From positions 248,001-312,000 of the forward strand of contig MU057809.1 of assembly GCA_013265495.1 (NCBI GenBank): 64,000 nt of DNA, written 5' to 3'. A program made the translations under genes and the position numbers. This stretch comes from Vicugna vicugna. Its lineage: Eukaryota. This document shows positions 49,416 to 59,720 of this stretch, piece by piece. The notes under the pieces are model-generated. The model saw only the letters and a program-made list of their open reading frames with translations, made no database searches and had not been told where the DNA came from. Within the stretch, counting starts at the first letter, position 1; the number at the start of each line of letters is the position of its first letter.

Positions 49416-51689
49416 AACACAGCTTTTGAGTGTTCTCAGTACTGAGTACTTCTCAGTACTGATGTATTCGCATTCCTTATTTGGAAGGAAAGTGATTTGG
49501 ACCTTAACAGTCAGGCGGCTTCTGTAATACGCCATTAAAACACTCAATGCTTTTTACAGAGAACCCCCTTCTACGACTTCTTCGTTTACTCGCACGTTCA
49601 TAAAACCTTCCTGTGGCCTCTGTGCAGCACGCCCAGAGGAGGGCCTGGCGTGTCCCCGCCCACCTGGGCCAAGCCCGGGGCCGCGTGGGAAGGCCGCTTC
49701 TTCACGGACCATCACTGACGGCTAGACGCAGGCCCTGAGTTTCTTGCTGAGAACTTTAAGGAGCACTGAAGTTGGCTCGGGTGCGTGGGTTTCGATGAGC
49801 AGGCCGGCGGCATTCTTTGCAGAGCTGTGTTTGAGCCTTGTCAGCCGGGGTCTGGGGTTGCTGTAACACTCAGGTCCTGTCCGGGGCCCACCTGTCATGG
49901 TGAGTTCCGTGAGGATGGGTGAGGGCAGTGCCCAGCCCACCGTGGGCTCCTCAGAGCCGCCCCCAGCTCAGCGGGGGGACACCTGTGCTCTGTAGGCACA
50001 GGACTGGCCTGAGGTTCCAGGGGCGGCCACCCAGACCGAGGTCTGGGAGCTCCTTGTCAGCGTGGCTGCCTCCCTCCAGGACTGCCCGCAGCCTCCCAGA
50101 AAGCCCTCTCGTGCCCGCCCCCACCCCGCCCCCTTGCAAGGGGAATGCCCCAGGAAGGCAGGTGGGTGGGTCTCACACCTCCTTTCAGCAGCGGGAGCCT
50201 CACTTCAAGCAAGCCCAGAGGGAAACAGGGCTGCTCTTAAGGCAACAATACTTCAACAAAAAACAATAAACAAAGAAAATGGGCTGCTCTGGCTGGAGGG
50301 GAGGGTGAAGAGACAGACCACAGAGAGGTAGAGGGGGCACCCAGACCCCACCCCCCGGCCCACGGGCCTGGTCCACTCCCCCAGGCGTCCGTGACCACGG
50401 GACCTCAGGGAGCCATGGGAACATGCAGGCTTCCTGGCAGCAGGAGGGCGTGCACTCCAGGAGGAAGCCTGCATGACCCCCGGGCCTAAAGACAGATCAG
50501 AACTGACCTGGTCGGGTGAAGCCACTTCCCAGGGCCCCTCACCTTTCCCCAAGGACACCGCTGGGGGCCACCAAGGTGGGGCTGGGACAAAGACTGCTGG
50601 CATTCTGGAACATTCCACCCATAAACCCCCAGTGCTGGGCAGCCCCCCCAGGCAGCCCCGTGTTCTGGTGGCCGCCGGCACATCCTGCTCGGAGGGTTTG
50701 AGGAACCCGGCAACAGCCAAGAGGGCCCAGCTGCCGAACGTCAACACCAGCGAAGCTGCAGGCGGGAGACCTGGGGCACCGAACCCGCCCAGGACCCACA
50801 GGCTGTGCCCACGCCTGCACACGCACAGGACCGGGACGGAGCCCACAGCACAGGCCCAGGTGGCGTCCAGACAAGCTCAGTGAGGGACACTCCAGGAGCC
50901 GCCCTCCCCCTACAGGGCTGCCAGGCCCCGCACGCAGACACCACCTGGCAAAAGGCCCCGATGGAGCACAGCCCTCGGCCAGGGCATGCGCGAGGGGCCA
51001 GAGCTCTGGCCCAGGACCGCCGGGGCACTTGGTCAGCCTCACACGGAAACAGCACCCTCCTCCAGGCACAGGACGGTGCACCCTGCTCCCCCGACTCTGG
51101 ACATTGGAGAGAAGGCACAGACACCGTGCGTGAGGGGTCACCGCTGCAGAAGCAGCTTCTCTGAGGGCGCCGGCCCTGCCCCTGCCATGCAGCTGCGCGG
51201 GCTCCTGGCTCCCACAGCTGGAGCCTCACAAGTAAACCAAATCTCGCCAATGCTCCTCGCACACTGGACTGACACGAGTGCCCAGGGAAGACAGAGAAGC
51301 AGCTCCTGGGACCGACTCTGCTCACAGCTGATGGGCAGCACGGGACTGAGGAAGATCTGACAGCTGTGCTTCACTCTACTCACATCACCCGCGTCATGAT
51401 GAACACAGGGGCGCAGGAAGGGGGGATGAGGCCCAGGGCCACATGGCGTCAGTTCTGAGCGTCCCCACTGCACTGTGACCCACGGGGGGATTCCCACTCC
51501 TGGAGGGGAGGGCACAACACAGGCCCGGAGCCTCAGCTGTACTCGCGGAGGGGCTGGGCTGCGTTTGCAAATTTAAACACGTGGAGGCTGATCATCTAGG
51601 GTTCCCTGTGAGGAACCCAGGCACCGCGCTCCATGGAGGTGCCTACTCGGGATGGTTGGGCCGACGTGGCAAGTGCTGGTGTGGAGATG

Positions 51690-51830
51690 AGACCTCCGGC
51701 TCAGAGTCTGGGCAGGCGGGCCAAGTCCCAGCTCTGAGGTCCTGGTTAAGCCATTTCTCTGGGCTCCGTTTTCCTGGCTAAGTGGGAACAGCAGCAGCCT
51801 CTAGCTCTTGGGAGCTTCCCGAGGATCCCC
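51690..51830 (+). mobile_element. MIR SINE fragment
   Basis: 'ggctcagagtctgggcagg...aagtcccagctctg...ggttaagccatttctctgggctccgttttcct...aagtgggaacagcagcagcct' follows the MIR consensus order. Confidence 0.55.
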
Positions 51831-52694
51831 GAGGTGGTGGACATCACACACCCACCACAGTGCCCAGCTCGGGGTGAGCACTTGCTAGGAGGTCTTCATG
51901 CTCTACCCAAACCTCCAAGAGTCCTCTCACCCCTCTCCCTGCAGCACCAACCAGGGTTCAGTGGACAAGCCCCCAAATCGGGGTCCCGGCCCTCACACCA
52001 AGCAGCCACATGGGGTCGATCTCCTCAACCATCTGGTGCTCTGGGAAAAGGGGGGGCCCCATGAGCTCGTAGCCCCAGCTCAGCTCCAATTCTGAGCTTC
52101 AAGCACGAAAACCAGGGTTCCAGACACAGGACCACGGGCCCCAAGGCGAATCAGCAGGGAACATGGGAGTCGCCAGCGGACACGCAGGGCCAGTGGCACA
52201 GCCACAGGTTGGGCTCCTATCCGGGGTGGGCAGCTGTTCTTCAAGTGACGGGACTTGGATATTTCAGGTCTGAATTTTTGTTTTGCCTATTTATTTATTT
52301 AACTAGAGAGGAAGCTGTACTTTCTCATGACTCATGTCTCTCAAAATGGTGTCTCCAGCATTTTTAATGCTCAAATCATCTTGAATTTTGGAGCTGGCCA
52401 AAAATAGGTCTAAAATCAAATCAGCCTCATTTATGTCATTCAAATGTTTAAAAAGTGAACAGAGTAGAATCACAGCTGGAAAAAACCAAGAGAATTAATA
52501 TTTTCCATAAAAAATTCAACACAGTATTCTCTGTTAAAACATGTGTACGTCTCCCAGAAAGCGCACCCAGCACTGTCAAATCACCAGCACTCAGAAGGCC
52601 TCCTAGCCCACTGGCACTCGCTCATGGCGGAGCTGAGGGGCCCAGGGACTGAACTGTGCCTGACGGCCTGTCCCAGCATCCAGCAGCTGTGGGG

Positions 52695-52815
52695 TCTCCT
52701 GCCACCCCCAGCCCCTCCCCCCAGGAGGGGCACAGGCCAGCCCAGCTCCCCCCAGCCCAGGAGGGGCACAGGTGGCCCAGCTCTGCGCCACCCCCCACCC
52801 CCCGGAAGGGCACCG
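52695..52815. repeat. About three imperfect copies of a ~30-bp unit (ccccaggaggggcacaggccagcccagctc)
   Basis: 'cccaggaggggcacagg' occurs twice nearly identically, followed by a degenerate third copy 'cccggaagggcaccgg'. Confidence 0.6.
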
Positions 52816-53734
52816 GCTGGCCTTGTGGAGCTCACTCAGCAGCAACCTGCTTCATCCACGTTCCGTCATCCAAAGACCACTCAGAGCTCAGTCTCACAGC
52901 TTCAAAAAACTCCGAAAGGTAGAAAGACACCAAGAGGAAAATACGAGGTGGATTAAAATGCAACGTTTAGGAAAACCACACGTCTTGTGGCAGCTGCCGG
53001 GGCACCGCAGGCCCGCTGGCCTCACAGCCCCGCACTGCACGCGGCTGGGACACCTGGGCCCTTGGGGCGGGGCCGGCCCACCAGCCTCTCCAAGCCGATG
53101 GTAAACTTCCAACCACCAGCAGGGGGGGTGCTTGGTCAGTCAGCACTGGGGACCAAGGGACTGGCTTATCCTGACGGCACAGCACGCAGGCAGGCAGAGA
53201 GCAGAAGGGCGGCGGCCGGGCAGGGACAGGGCCTCTTGGTCAGCACTCGCCAGCCCGGGCACTCAGGTGGTTTCAGGAGCAAAGGGCCAGGGAGCTGAGA
53301 CAGGCAAGCCGGGGAGCAGGATAACCACCGACTCCTAACTCACCTGCCCAAGTGCCTGCAATTCTGGGGTTCAACTTCCTTCTACAAAGTTCTTGTGAAA
53401 TTTCTAGGTTAAGTTCTCTACATATAATTCACACAGCTCCTGTCTGAACTTCTGACTTTCCGTGTTTAGTCTCAAAGGTGGTCCACTGCTAAAACAAGCA
53501 AGAATATTTAAGTTTCAACAAAGGATGATAGGCTACTATCCAAAAGATAAAACAAGATCTGTTTACCATCCCTTCAAACTTAAAAAAAGGTTCCTACCAG
53601 TGGATGAAGCACAGCAGTTAAACTGGAGCCTCCAGGAAAACACTCAGTGGGCTGAGCTCCCTGCCACGGCACAGGAGAAAAACAGCCGGCAAAAAAGCGG
53701 TTAACGCAGGCCTTCAGGGAGGCCGCCCAGTGCC

Positions 53735-53962
53735 TATAAAGGCTGCCGCCACCGGGGGCTGGCCTCTCCTCTCCTCTCCCGATGGCCCAGGGCTGAGGGC
53801 TGAGGGCTGAGGGCGCCGGCAGGGCGCTGCTCACCAGTCTCTGCCCTCTTCTCCGGCATCCCTCGAAGGGCCCCACTCCACCCCAGGTCCAGAACTCAGG
53901 CCCCCGCCGGCCGGGAGCACACCCCCGAGGCTGGCCGAGAAGGTCTGCGCAGAGGGACACAG
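53735..53962 (+). promoter_or_regulatory. GPER1: TATA box and probable non-coding exon 1 of GPER1
   Basis: CCTATAAAGG (TATAAA 53735-53740) followed by a pyrimidine-rich initiator-like tract at about 53763-53780. Consensus donor CAG|GTGAGC at 53962/53963, 2.1 kb upstream of the coding exon. Confidence 0.6.
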
Positions 53963-56083
53963 GTGAGCACGTCCCAGGTTCGGGGTTCGCGTCTGGGTCG
54001 GTGCCGGGATGGAGGTGGGGGTGGGGACACTCTGGCCGGGGCGCAGCACAAGGTGGCGGCAGGCGGAGCAGACGTGGACCAACACGGGCACCCTCAGCGT
54101 GACTTCAGGGAGGGCGGCTCGTGTGAAGGCCCCGTTTATAATGCAGGCCCAAAATAACACCATCCGGCTTTTCTGTCAGGGTTGCTCAAGCAGGGCCTGT
54201 CTCACTTCGGGTGCGTGAGGCCGCTGGGCCCTGCCCGACGGCCCGACTCCACTCACTGCCCCAGCCTAGACGCCCGCCCGGCCTGGAGGGTGGCAGGTAG
54301 TTACCACTCCGTCACAGAGACACGCACCTGGTGGCGCTGACAGCGGCGGCTCTCTGAAACAAGATGACCGCCAGCGCTTCAGTGCTCACCTTCACAGTGA
54401 GTTCAGGGCCAGCTTCCATGAGGGAAGTGTCAGCAGTGAGGGTTATACCAGGTCCTTATCTTTTCAGACCATCATGAAAACAGTGTTTGTCAAGGATCAA
54501 CAGACGCATCCCCACGGGGAGGAGGAGCCCGTGTCTGCCCAGCACAGGGGAGGGAGCAGGTGCGCCGAGGGTCTGCCCACCTGTGAGCGTTCCGCCAGGA
54601 AGTCTGAAACTTTCCAGAGTGCCCCCGCTTAAAGAGTGAAACAGATCCTCTGCGTAGTTTCCCCGAAGAAATTAAAACACAGAGGCTTTAAACATTACAG
54701 GGAGAACCTGAGAACAGCAGCATTTGTGTGGTTCAAATCGGTATCACCTACGAAAGATGAAGAACACAAAACCACCAATAAAATCCAACTTATCGACCCC
54801 AGCAAAGCAAAGGTTGCGGAATCTTTTTAAAGTAGTAACTGATACCACGCTCGTGCTTTATCATTTTTCTTTTCCTTCCCTTTTCCCCAAAAGCGGCACT
54901 TTCAAGCAATAGGTGAGTGTCTGGTCTGCGTCAGCAACACCTTGGCCACGACCCCTAACGACCTCACAGGAGAGGTGATGCCTTCCCAGTGGGGTCGCCA
55001 GGGCTCCTCAGACCAGCAGAGCCCATGGGGGGCCGGCAGCAGCCCCTCCCCAGGTGCCGGTCGACTCCGTGGGTCACCGCTGGGGAGGGGATGCAGACGG
55101 CCAGCTCCAGGCCTCGCGGTCCGGCCAAGCCCGTGAAGGGCCAGGGCACCAGCCCATCAGAAGCAAAGGTCCAGGAGGATTTCTTCACCTGCCTCCAGGT
55201 CCCAGTTTCTAGACTGCAAACAGCAGCAAAAAAAAAGAAAAAAGAAAAAGAAAAGGAAAAGGAAATGATTTTACAATAATTTGTCAAAACATGGAAAAAA
55301 TTTTAATATTATTTTCTAAAGTAATTACTATTTTTATTCCTTACGTTCTCTTTTTCGTTTCATATTATGAAAAAAGTTTCACTTTCGGCACCCAAACTTA
55401 GGATTAGCAAAAAAGCTCCCTTTCTGATCCATTTGATTGTCAGGAAGAGGCTCTGCTCCCGTTCCCACAAAGCGTTCATTTTGCGCACTCGCGCACTCTC
55501 GCAGAAGCCGGCCTTCCCCCCGCCATCCGCCTTCTCTTTCCAACGGTGGCCAAGACCAGCTCACCTCCTCTCCTGACCAATCCCGACAGGTTTCCCAGGG
55601 CCTCCACGCCACGTCCACATCCTCCACCAGCCTGCACCCGCTGCGCATGAGGAGTCACATCGGCCTCCACTTAGACGAACGGGCCGGAGCCCTCAGGGGG
55701 GAGAAGGGGGTGTTTTCTGATCCTCCTGCTTTGGCTGGGCAACAGCCACTTGTCTGAGCAGAGCGGACGAGGTCCTGCCTTCCCCGCGCCCTGCACTGCC
55801 TCGTAGCCCTGCAGCTACCCCGCCTCGCTGGAAGCCTTAGTGACACGTAGCCTGTGCCCTCTGCTCTCGCTCCCCCAGGTGCCCAGCGTTAGGAGCCCCG
55901 AGGACATAGCAGCCACGCCCCAGAGGCCAGGCGGACACACGTGCCCCCCACGCAGACACTGTCACCTCCTCCATTTGCTCAACTTTCTGCAAATCAAACT
56001 CAAATTGCACACGTGCCACCTGTGAGCAGCTGCGACCTCACGTGTCTAGCTCACGTCAAAGAGCTCCACCTTTCCTCCTCAGG

Positions 56084-56134
56084 ATGGACTCACCACTGAA
56101 CAAGGGCTTCTGGGAGCCCTGTGGCAAATCCTAG
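56084..56134 (+). CDS. 16-codon upstream ORF in the GPER1 leader ([16 protein letters not shown])
   Basis: ATG at 56084 with G at +4, one base after the candidate acceptor ccacctttcctcctcag| (56082). TAG at 56132-56134, 44 nt before the main ATG. Confidence 0.6.
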   Translation: MDSPLNKGFWEPCGKS

Positions 56135-56178
56135 GGCCCCGCGCGAGGGGACGAGGCGTGAGCCCCGCGCCCGCCGGC

Positions 56179-57243
56179 ATGGAGACGCAGCTGGGCGCCT
56201 ACAACGGCAGCCCCGCGGGCCTCGACCTGCCCCGCGCGCTGGCCAACGGCTCGGGCGTGCTCTGGGAGCAGCAGCAGTATGCCATCGGGCTCTTCCTCTC
56301 CTGCCTCTACACGGTCTTCCTCTTCCCCATCGGCTTCGTGGGGAACATCCTGATCCTGGTGGTCAACATCCGCTTCCGGGAGCGGATGACCGTCCCCGAC
56401 CTGTATTTCATCAACCTGGCGGCGGCCGACCTCATCCTGGTGGCGGACTCGCTCATCGAAGTGTTCAACCTGGACGAGCAGTACTACGACCTCACCGTGC
56501 TCTGCACCTTCATGTCGCTCTTCCTGCAGATCAACATGTACAGCAGCGTCTTCTTCCTCACCTGGATGAGCTTCGACCGCTACCTGGCCCTGGCCAAGGC
56601 CATGCGCTGCAGCCTGTTCCGCACCAAGCCCCGCGCGCGGCTGAGCTGCGGCCTCATCTGGATGGCCTCCGTGTCTGCCACGCTGGTGCCCTTCACCGCC
56701 GTGCAGCTGCAGCACACAGAGGAGGCCTGCTTCTGCTTTGCGGACGTCAGGGAGGTCCAGTGGCTGGAGGTCACGCTGGGCTTTGTCGTCCCCTTCGCCG
56801 TCATCGGGCTGTGCTACTCACTCATCGCGCGGGTGCTGGTCTCGGCGCAGGGGCACCGGGACCTGCGTCCTCGCAGGCAGAAGGCCCTCCGCATGATCTT
56901 CGCCGTGGTCCTGGTCTTCTTTATCTGCTGGCTGCCTGAGAACGTCTTCATCAGCGTCCACCTGCTGCAGCGCCCGCAGCCGGGGGCCGCCCCCTGCCAG
57001 CAGTCCTTCCGCCACGCCTACCCGCTGACTGGCCACATCGTCAACCTGGCGGCCTTCTCCAACAGCTGCCTGAACCCCCTCATCTATGGCTTTCTCGGGG
57101 AGACCTTCAGGGACAAACTGAGGCTGTACGTCGAGCAGAAAACCAGCGTGTCGGCGCTGAGCCGCGTCTGTCACGCTGCCCTGAAGGCGGTTGTCCCGGA
57201 CAGCACCGAGCAGTCAGAGGTCAAGTTCAGCAGCACCGTCTAG
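56179..57243 (+). CDS. GPER1: G protein-coupled estrogen receptor 1 (354 aa from the first in-frame ATG)
   Basis: [31 protein letters not shown]...[25 protein letters not shown]...SFDRY...[16 protein letters not shown]...NSCLNPLIY...FSSTV is GPER1. The ORF track starts at GTG 56158; the first ATG is at 56179 (GCCGGCATGG, good Kozak). Confidence 0.98.
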   Translation: METQLGAYNGSPAGLDLPRALANGSGVLWEQQQYAIGLFLSCLYTVFLFPIGFVGNILILVVNIRFRERMTVPDLYFINLAAADLILVADSLIEVFNLDEQYYDLTVLCTFMSLFLQINMYSSVFFLTWMSFDRYLALAKAMRCSLFRTKPRARLSCGLIWMASVSATLVPFTAVQLQHTEEACFCFADVREVQWLEVTLGFVVPFAVIGLCYSLIARVLVSAQGHRDLRPRRQKALRMIFAVVLVFFICWLPENVFISVHLLQRPQPGAAPCQQSFRHAYPLTGHIVNLAAFSNSCLNPLIYGFLGETFRDKLRLYVEQKTSVSALSRVCHAALKAVVPDSTEQSEVKFSSTV

Positions 57244-57789
57244 AGCGGGCAGGGCTGCAGGATGGCCAGGCGGACACTGCCCCCAAGCGCGCTCCCAGGA
57301 CCCCAGCCCAGCTGCCCCGACTTTGCTCGGCTCCCAGAAGAGCCCCACCTGCCCTGGTCACACTGCGGGGTCACCAGCCTGCACGCCGCACACGCCCATC
57401 CCGTGGAAGAGATTTCTGCCGCCTGCCGGGCAACAAGAAGAGAGGAGGGGGCACCAAGGTGAAATGTCATAGTTTCAAGGTAGATTTCCCATAAATCTGC
57501 CATTTCAGGGAAAAAGCAGCCTGGAGACGAGACACGCTCCACTGCTCTGAGCTGGATCCGGCCACACGCAGACCTGATCCGAGGAGGAGGACACCTTCGT
57601 TGACGATGTCTCTGCCCCACTTACAAGTGGGGGCCCCGCCGAACATGGACAAAGCACACGGGCGGGGGGCGGGGGGGCGAGGAGTCGCCTCTACAGACAC
57701 AGCAGGACAGCGGTGACCAATGGGAAATGCCCCGTCACAGCGTAAAAAGGAGGGAACAGTGAGGACTCTGGGAACATTCAGCCTCTATC

Positions 57790-57795
57790 AATAAA
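57790..57795 (+). terminator. Candidate GPER1 polyadenylation signal (AATAAA)
   Basis: AATAAA about 550 nt after the stop, followed by GU/U-rich 'gtcgtgtgctgagtcttctgcgttctct'. Confidence 0.6.
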
Positions 57796-59514
57796 ATGGA
57801 GTCGTGTGCTGAGTCTTCTGCGTTCTCTGCACTGCTCCCCAGTGGGGCAAGGGCGGGGGGAGCTCACAGGGCCCTGCAGCAGCACTGCCCCCTCCTCACA
57901 AAGAGAAAACAAGGCCCCTCACCAGCCAACAGCTCCTGTCCGAGCCCCGGGTGCTCCGGGCACCAGGAGACACCAGGGTTTGTGCTGCACCATCTTCGGG
58001 CACCAGATAAGCTTCATCCCAGGCGCACTACACGCCCTCACTTCTCCCGGAGGCTCAGCGGCGCCAGCTTCATCCATGGCGCGTGCAGGAGCTCAGGGCG
58101 CTCCCTGCGCCGCAGGGGCAGGCTGGGGGCTCCCGATTCCAGCGCTGACACTCCTCCCGCCCACCGGCTCTGCTCAGGGAACCCACCTCCCCAGAACCAC
58201 AAGCAAAACAGGGCCCAGCTGCCTGGGTCTCCACACGGCAGGGCCTCCCTGGGGACCACACCAGGCAACGCGTTAAGTGACAGGAAATGAGCCATTTTTA
58301 GTTTGAATAGTTTTTTACGGGCGCAAATCTCCAAGAAACAGTATCTGCCCCAAGTAAATATTTGCCTTTACCAAGTGCCGCCTCCAGTGGTTCAAGTCCC
58401 ACTTCAGACGGAAACTTCCAACTCTCAGAGGAAAACTAACAGGCCTGCCGGCGGCCCCCGCAACACGCCCCTCCCTGCAGCAGGGCTGAGGGCCAGCGTG
58501 CCTCTGTTCCCCGGAGCCCCCGCGCGTCACCAAGCACACAGACAGACACCCCGTCTTCTGGGGGGTCAGAGACGCCCTCCCCTCCGCACCCGGCGCCCCG
58601 TGACACGGCCCCCCCTCCTGAGCGTTGCTCCTAGGGCGGCTCTGCCCCAGCACAGGGCCCCGAGAGACCTGCTGGCCTGGCCCAAGCACTGTGGCCTGCA
58701 GGCCAGGACAGGAGCATCTCACTAGACAGGCGCTGTCCGTAAGACCCCCTTCCGACCTGGCAACTCCAAATCGCAGGAGCCCCCGCGCTGAGCACGCCCG
58801 ACACCAGGGGTTCTCAAGCAGGTGCGCTCCTGCCCCAGCTGGGAAGGTGGTGGCGGGCGCGGAGGGGAGACGGGGGTGGGGAATGAGGCCTCGTCCTGGG
58901 CCCTCCGACAAGCCCAGCAGGTACATGTGTTGATGCCACGGGGGCTGTGACCTGACCGCCGAAGACCTCACCCGGCACCGAGCCCGTCTCCTGCCCTGTG
59001 GCTCTGCCTTCCCCAGGCCACAGGGAGCAAGCCACGTGGAGGCCATGCAAGCCCATCGAGGTGGCAGGTCCCATCCTTTCAGAGGGGACGCCTGAGGGGC
59101 GAGGGCAGAATAGAGACCCCCCCCCGCAAGGATCTCTGTGTGGGAACCGACCAACTAAAAGCCGCAAAGTGCTGATCCAGGACAGGCAGCCTCCCCGACG
59201 TGGGCCTCCTGGGGCAGCAGCTTCCACCCAGGGGTCCCTGGTCCGCCCGAGGCCACAGAGCAGCCTGCCTCTCTGGCACCTGACAGTCATACTCCCAGAC
59301 TACGAGTGCCCTGCCAGGAAGCCCTGCCTGGGCCCAGGGGGCACAGGGCTGGACACAGTGCCTGCTCGGAGCCCCAGGAGCCCGTCTCCTCATCTGTAGA
59401 AGTGGCTGCACAGCTGCTCCGAGGGCCCCTCCGTGGAGGGCAGGCAGCAGGGCTGCAGGGAGGCCAAGGACAAGGTGGAAGCTGGGCCAGGTGCCTCGGG
59501 AGTCCCGTTCCCCT

Positions 59515-59720
59515 CAGGCCCTGAGGCCCAGATCCACCCCTTGCCTGGCCCTGCGGCCCTGATCCACCCCCAGGCCGTGAGACCCAATCCTCCCCAGGCC
59601 CTGCGGCCAGATCCACCTCCCCCAGGCCCTGCGGCCCCATCCCCCCCAGGCACTGCGACCTGATCACAACAGGCCCTGCGGCCCAGATCCCCCAAGGCCC
59701 TGCGGCCCCATTCCCGAGGC
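59515..59720. repeat. GC-rich minisatellite, about 8-9 units of 22-28 bp (caggccctgcggccc[ag]atcc[a]cccc)
   Basis: Core 'ggccctgcggcc' recurs with variable spacers. Confidence 0.85.

Noticed and set aside
56158-56178. GTG start called by the ORF track for GPER1
   Set aside because: An ATG in strong Kozak context lies 7 codons downstream; GTG initiation is unsupported.
56121-56939. 272-aa alternative-frame ORF and antisense ORFs over GPER1 (likewise over GPR146)
   Set aside because: Expected stop-free shadow frames of GC-rich codons; no independent evidence.
34217-57800. miR-339-5p seed sites (GACAGGG) in the predicted 3' UTRs of the three GPCRs, as a local feedback loop
   Set aside because: None seen by eye in the predicted UTRs; one at about 35813 lies beyond the candidate GPR146 polyA signal. 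A computational scan would be needed to exclude it fully.
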